Shown: in pieces, positions 33,707 to 35,593 of the stretch | Numbering within the stretch: the stretch's first letter is position 1 | Layout of the letters: each line of letters starts with the position of its first letter | Assembly: GCF_004010195.1 (NCBI RefSeq) | Contig: NC_057760.1 | Coordinates: 2,798,413 to 2,834,005, forward strand | Reading direction: 5' to 3' | Length of the DNA: 35,593 nucleotides | Source: Chiloscyllium plagiosum | Lineage: Eukaryota | Made by a program: the position numbers and the translations under genes | Notes under the pieces: model-generated | The model's input: the letters and a program-made list of their open reading frames with translations, nothing else | Databases searched by the model: none | Told to the model about the DNA's origin: nothing

Positions 33707-34316
33707 ACATCAGACGCTGAGTTTTCAGGCCAATGGATCAATAAGAGCTCTGGGGGGGGTGCAGAAGTGATTATGAAACCTCAGGAGTCAGAACTCCAAA
33801 GAGCTTTGGAGGACACAATGAATATTCACTGAAGGACTTGGAAGCTGAAATACAGAATTACTGGATACAAAATATGATAAATTCAGTTTCTCCTAAATCT
33901 CTAAAATCTTTGGATGCTTTTCAGCCAGCTTAAAATATTTGGATGTATAGAATATTTAGTTCTAAACTAGGAGCTGTTTAACTCAGTCTGCAGTGAGACA
34001 GTTTGAGAGGGTTTCTCTCACTGCGGTTCGAACCAATGACTCTTGAGGTAGTTGTGTCAGTCACTGGATGTGGAGAACTTACTAAAAATGGCTCACATTT
34101 AAAACATTCATGTCAGTTGAGGTAGGAATCTTTGGAGTGTCCGACTGCATTGGGTTAGTACGAACAAATTCAGTTAAAGCTGGTTCTAGACTTGCTAAAA
34201 TTCCAGGTAAACCCGATTTTTAAAAATCCGGTCTCAAACCCACATCAGATCTTTGGTTCAGAGGAAAATACAAAGAGGAAATTGAAATGGTGGAGCTGTG
34301 TCTCTGCTGGAGGTTC

Positions 34317-34424
34317 TCAGGGTTTGGGTCCTGTTGGATGTTGCTCAATCACGACCTGAAGCTGACTGGAGGAACATTCTCGATCATGACCATTCTCTGA
34401 AACTGCATCTCCGTTCTGAAACTT
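34317..34424 (-). CDS. IGDCC3-like: IGDCC3-like probable terminal coding exon
   Basis: Polypyrimidine tract then ttaAG|AAG (a NAGNAG acceptor). Encodes KFQNGDAVSENGHDRECSSSQLQVVIEQHPTGPKP* (TGA). Confidence 0.65.
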   Translation of the reverse strand, partial: KFQNGDAVSENGHDRECSSSQLQVVIEQHPTGPKP

Positions 34425-34522
34425 CTTAAAAAGTGAGAGGAGAGTGGCGTATCAGGGTAATGCAAAAATATACACGTGATGGGTAATTACTGATGCTGCA
34501 ATTATTATGAAATTGGTCTCAC

Positions 34523-34670
34523 CCCACTGACAAACTCCGTCATCTCCATCACTCTCCCAGCTTCATCCTTTTTATCCAGCTCCACGTGGCCATTCTGTCC
34601 CTCTTGGCTCAGGCTATGTCCAGCCTGTGGGACTGTCCAACTCTCCTTGATACCCTTACACCCAAACAGA
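34523..34670 (-). CDS. IGDCC3-like: IGDCC3-like cytoplasmic exon
   Basis: ttttAG|T...GGG|GTgaga, phase-compatible with the preceding exon. Encodes SLFGCKGIKESWTVPQAG...VMEMTEFVSG. Confidence 0.75.
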
Positions 34671-35063
34671 CTAAAAGACACGGAGACAGAGTGAGCACAT
34701 CAGCTAATCTCTTACATGTCCTCTACAATTCTCTTTCTCTCACCAAGCTTGGGCAGGAAATTTGAGATGAGCTGAAAGGTCTGTTTGTGTGCTTCATGAC
34801 TCTATCACCTTTTCAAAGGTCCCCTCCTCAACTGTCACTTCCTTTTTCTCCCTTTCTTCATCCCTCCACTCTTCACCCCCCCCCCCCCAACATTATCCTC
34901 ATACTTCCTTCTCTTTATCCCTTCACCCTTCTCCTTTCCTTCACTCTCCCCTCCCACTTCTCCTCCACCCCCTTGCCTCAGTCTTTTCCCAGCCTCCTTC
35001 TTCAACCCTTTCCGCACTGTGTCTCCCCATCCTCCACTCCATCCTCCCGCCACATCCCATTAC

Positions 35064-35196
35064 CTTCTCTGGTACCCCAGCATGAGGATGAGAACACAGA
35101 AGATGATGCAGGCCATTCCAATGTGGATCCCGACCACTATGCCGGTCAGTGGGCTCTCTGTTGATGACTTACAGTCACAGGGGGGAGTCTGTGGGG
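35064..35196 (-). CDS. IGDCC3-like: IGDCC3-like transmembrane exon
   Basis: ttacAG|CC...AG|GTaatg. Encodes APQTPPCDCK...TGIVVGIHIGMACIIFCVLILMLGYQR, similar to IGDCC3 PPCDC...[21 protein letters not shown]. Confidence 0.9.
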
Positions 35197-35279
35197 CTGT
35201 AAGCATTGACATGGCTGTTAGTGAGTTGTCAGTGTACAGATACGCAAAATAGATGCACACACAATTACAATACACATGC

Positions 35280-35384
35280 CTGGCAACTCAGTATTCTCCC
35301 TCAGAGACACGTATCGCTCCGTGCTGTTTCCATCTCCATGCTGGTTGAAGGCTGACATCTTAATCTCGTAGAGTGCCGAAGGTT
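35280..35384 (-). CDS. IGDCC3-like: IGDCC3 (PUNC)-like exon, end of last fibronectin type III domain
   Basis: ttgtAG|AA. Encodes EPSALYEIKMSAFNQHGDGNSTERYVSLRENTELP, similar to IGDCC3 [24 protein letters not shown]. The donor is probably GC (G|GCATGT), so the 3' boundary is less certain. Confidence 0.85.
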
Positions 35385-35514
35385 CTACAAACAAAAACCA
35401 AAAGCCCAGCTCAAGCAGACCAAAATAATTCAAAATGCTACCAAGCAGGAAAGTACTCTAAAGTCCAGGCACCATCAATCTTAAATGCACTTCTGTAAAG
35501 GCATGTTCTGCTGA

Positions 35515-35593
35515 TATAGGGTCAATGGTGAGGGAATGCCACATTGGTGAAGGGATAATGCTGAAGGAATGCCACACTAGCGGAAGGGTCAGC
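35515..35593. repeat. Degenerate start of another 30-bp minisatellite tract (intronic)
   Basis: GGGTCAATGGTGAGGGAATGCCACATTG units resemble 1-784. Confidence 0.7.

Noticed and set aside
34787..35060. Pro/Ser-rich and Gly/Lys-rich ORFs
   Set aside because: This is a pyrimidine-rich low-complexity tract inside an intron of the IGDCC3-like gene.

Overview
Vertebrate genomic DNA, most likely a cartilaginous fish (shark), inferred from its HE1-type SINEs, CR1 LINEs and characteristic minisatellites. There is a 500-N gap at 785-1284. The + strand carries twelve coding exons (homologous to human exons 3-14) of the splicing factor gene KHDC4 (KIAA0907/BLOM7) at 1852-17333, followed by a probable ~2.4 kb 3' UTR. 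Two near-identical intronic H/ACA scaRNA copies resembling SCARNA4 (U2 pseudouridylation guide) lie in consecutive KHDC4 introns. The last KHDC4 intron has a distant branch point with a ~340-nt AG-depleted zone. About 24.9-33.5 kb is a nested stack of CR1 LINEs with MITE and SINE insertions, plus a Penelope-like fragment holding an apparently intact minimal hammerhead ribozyme. The last four coding exons of a convergent IGDCC3 (PUNC)-like gene lie on the - strand at 34317-35384, with a candidate GC-AG intron. Homology calls are from recalled sequences, not from searches.
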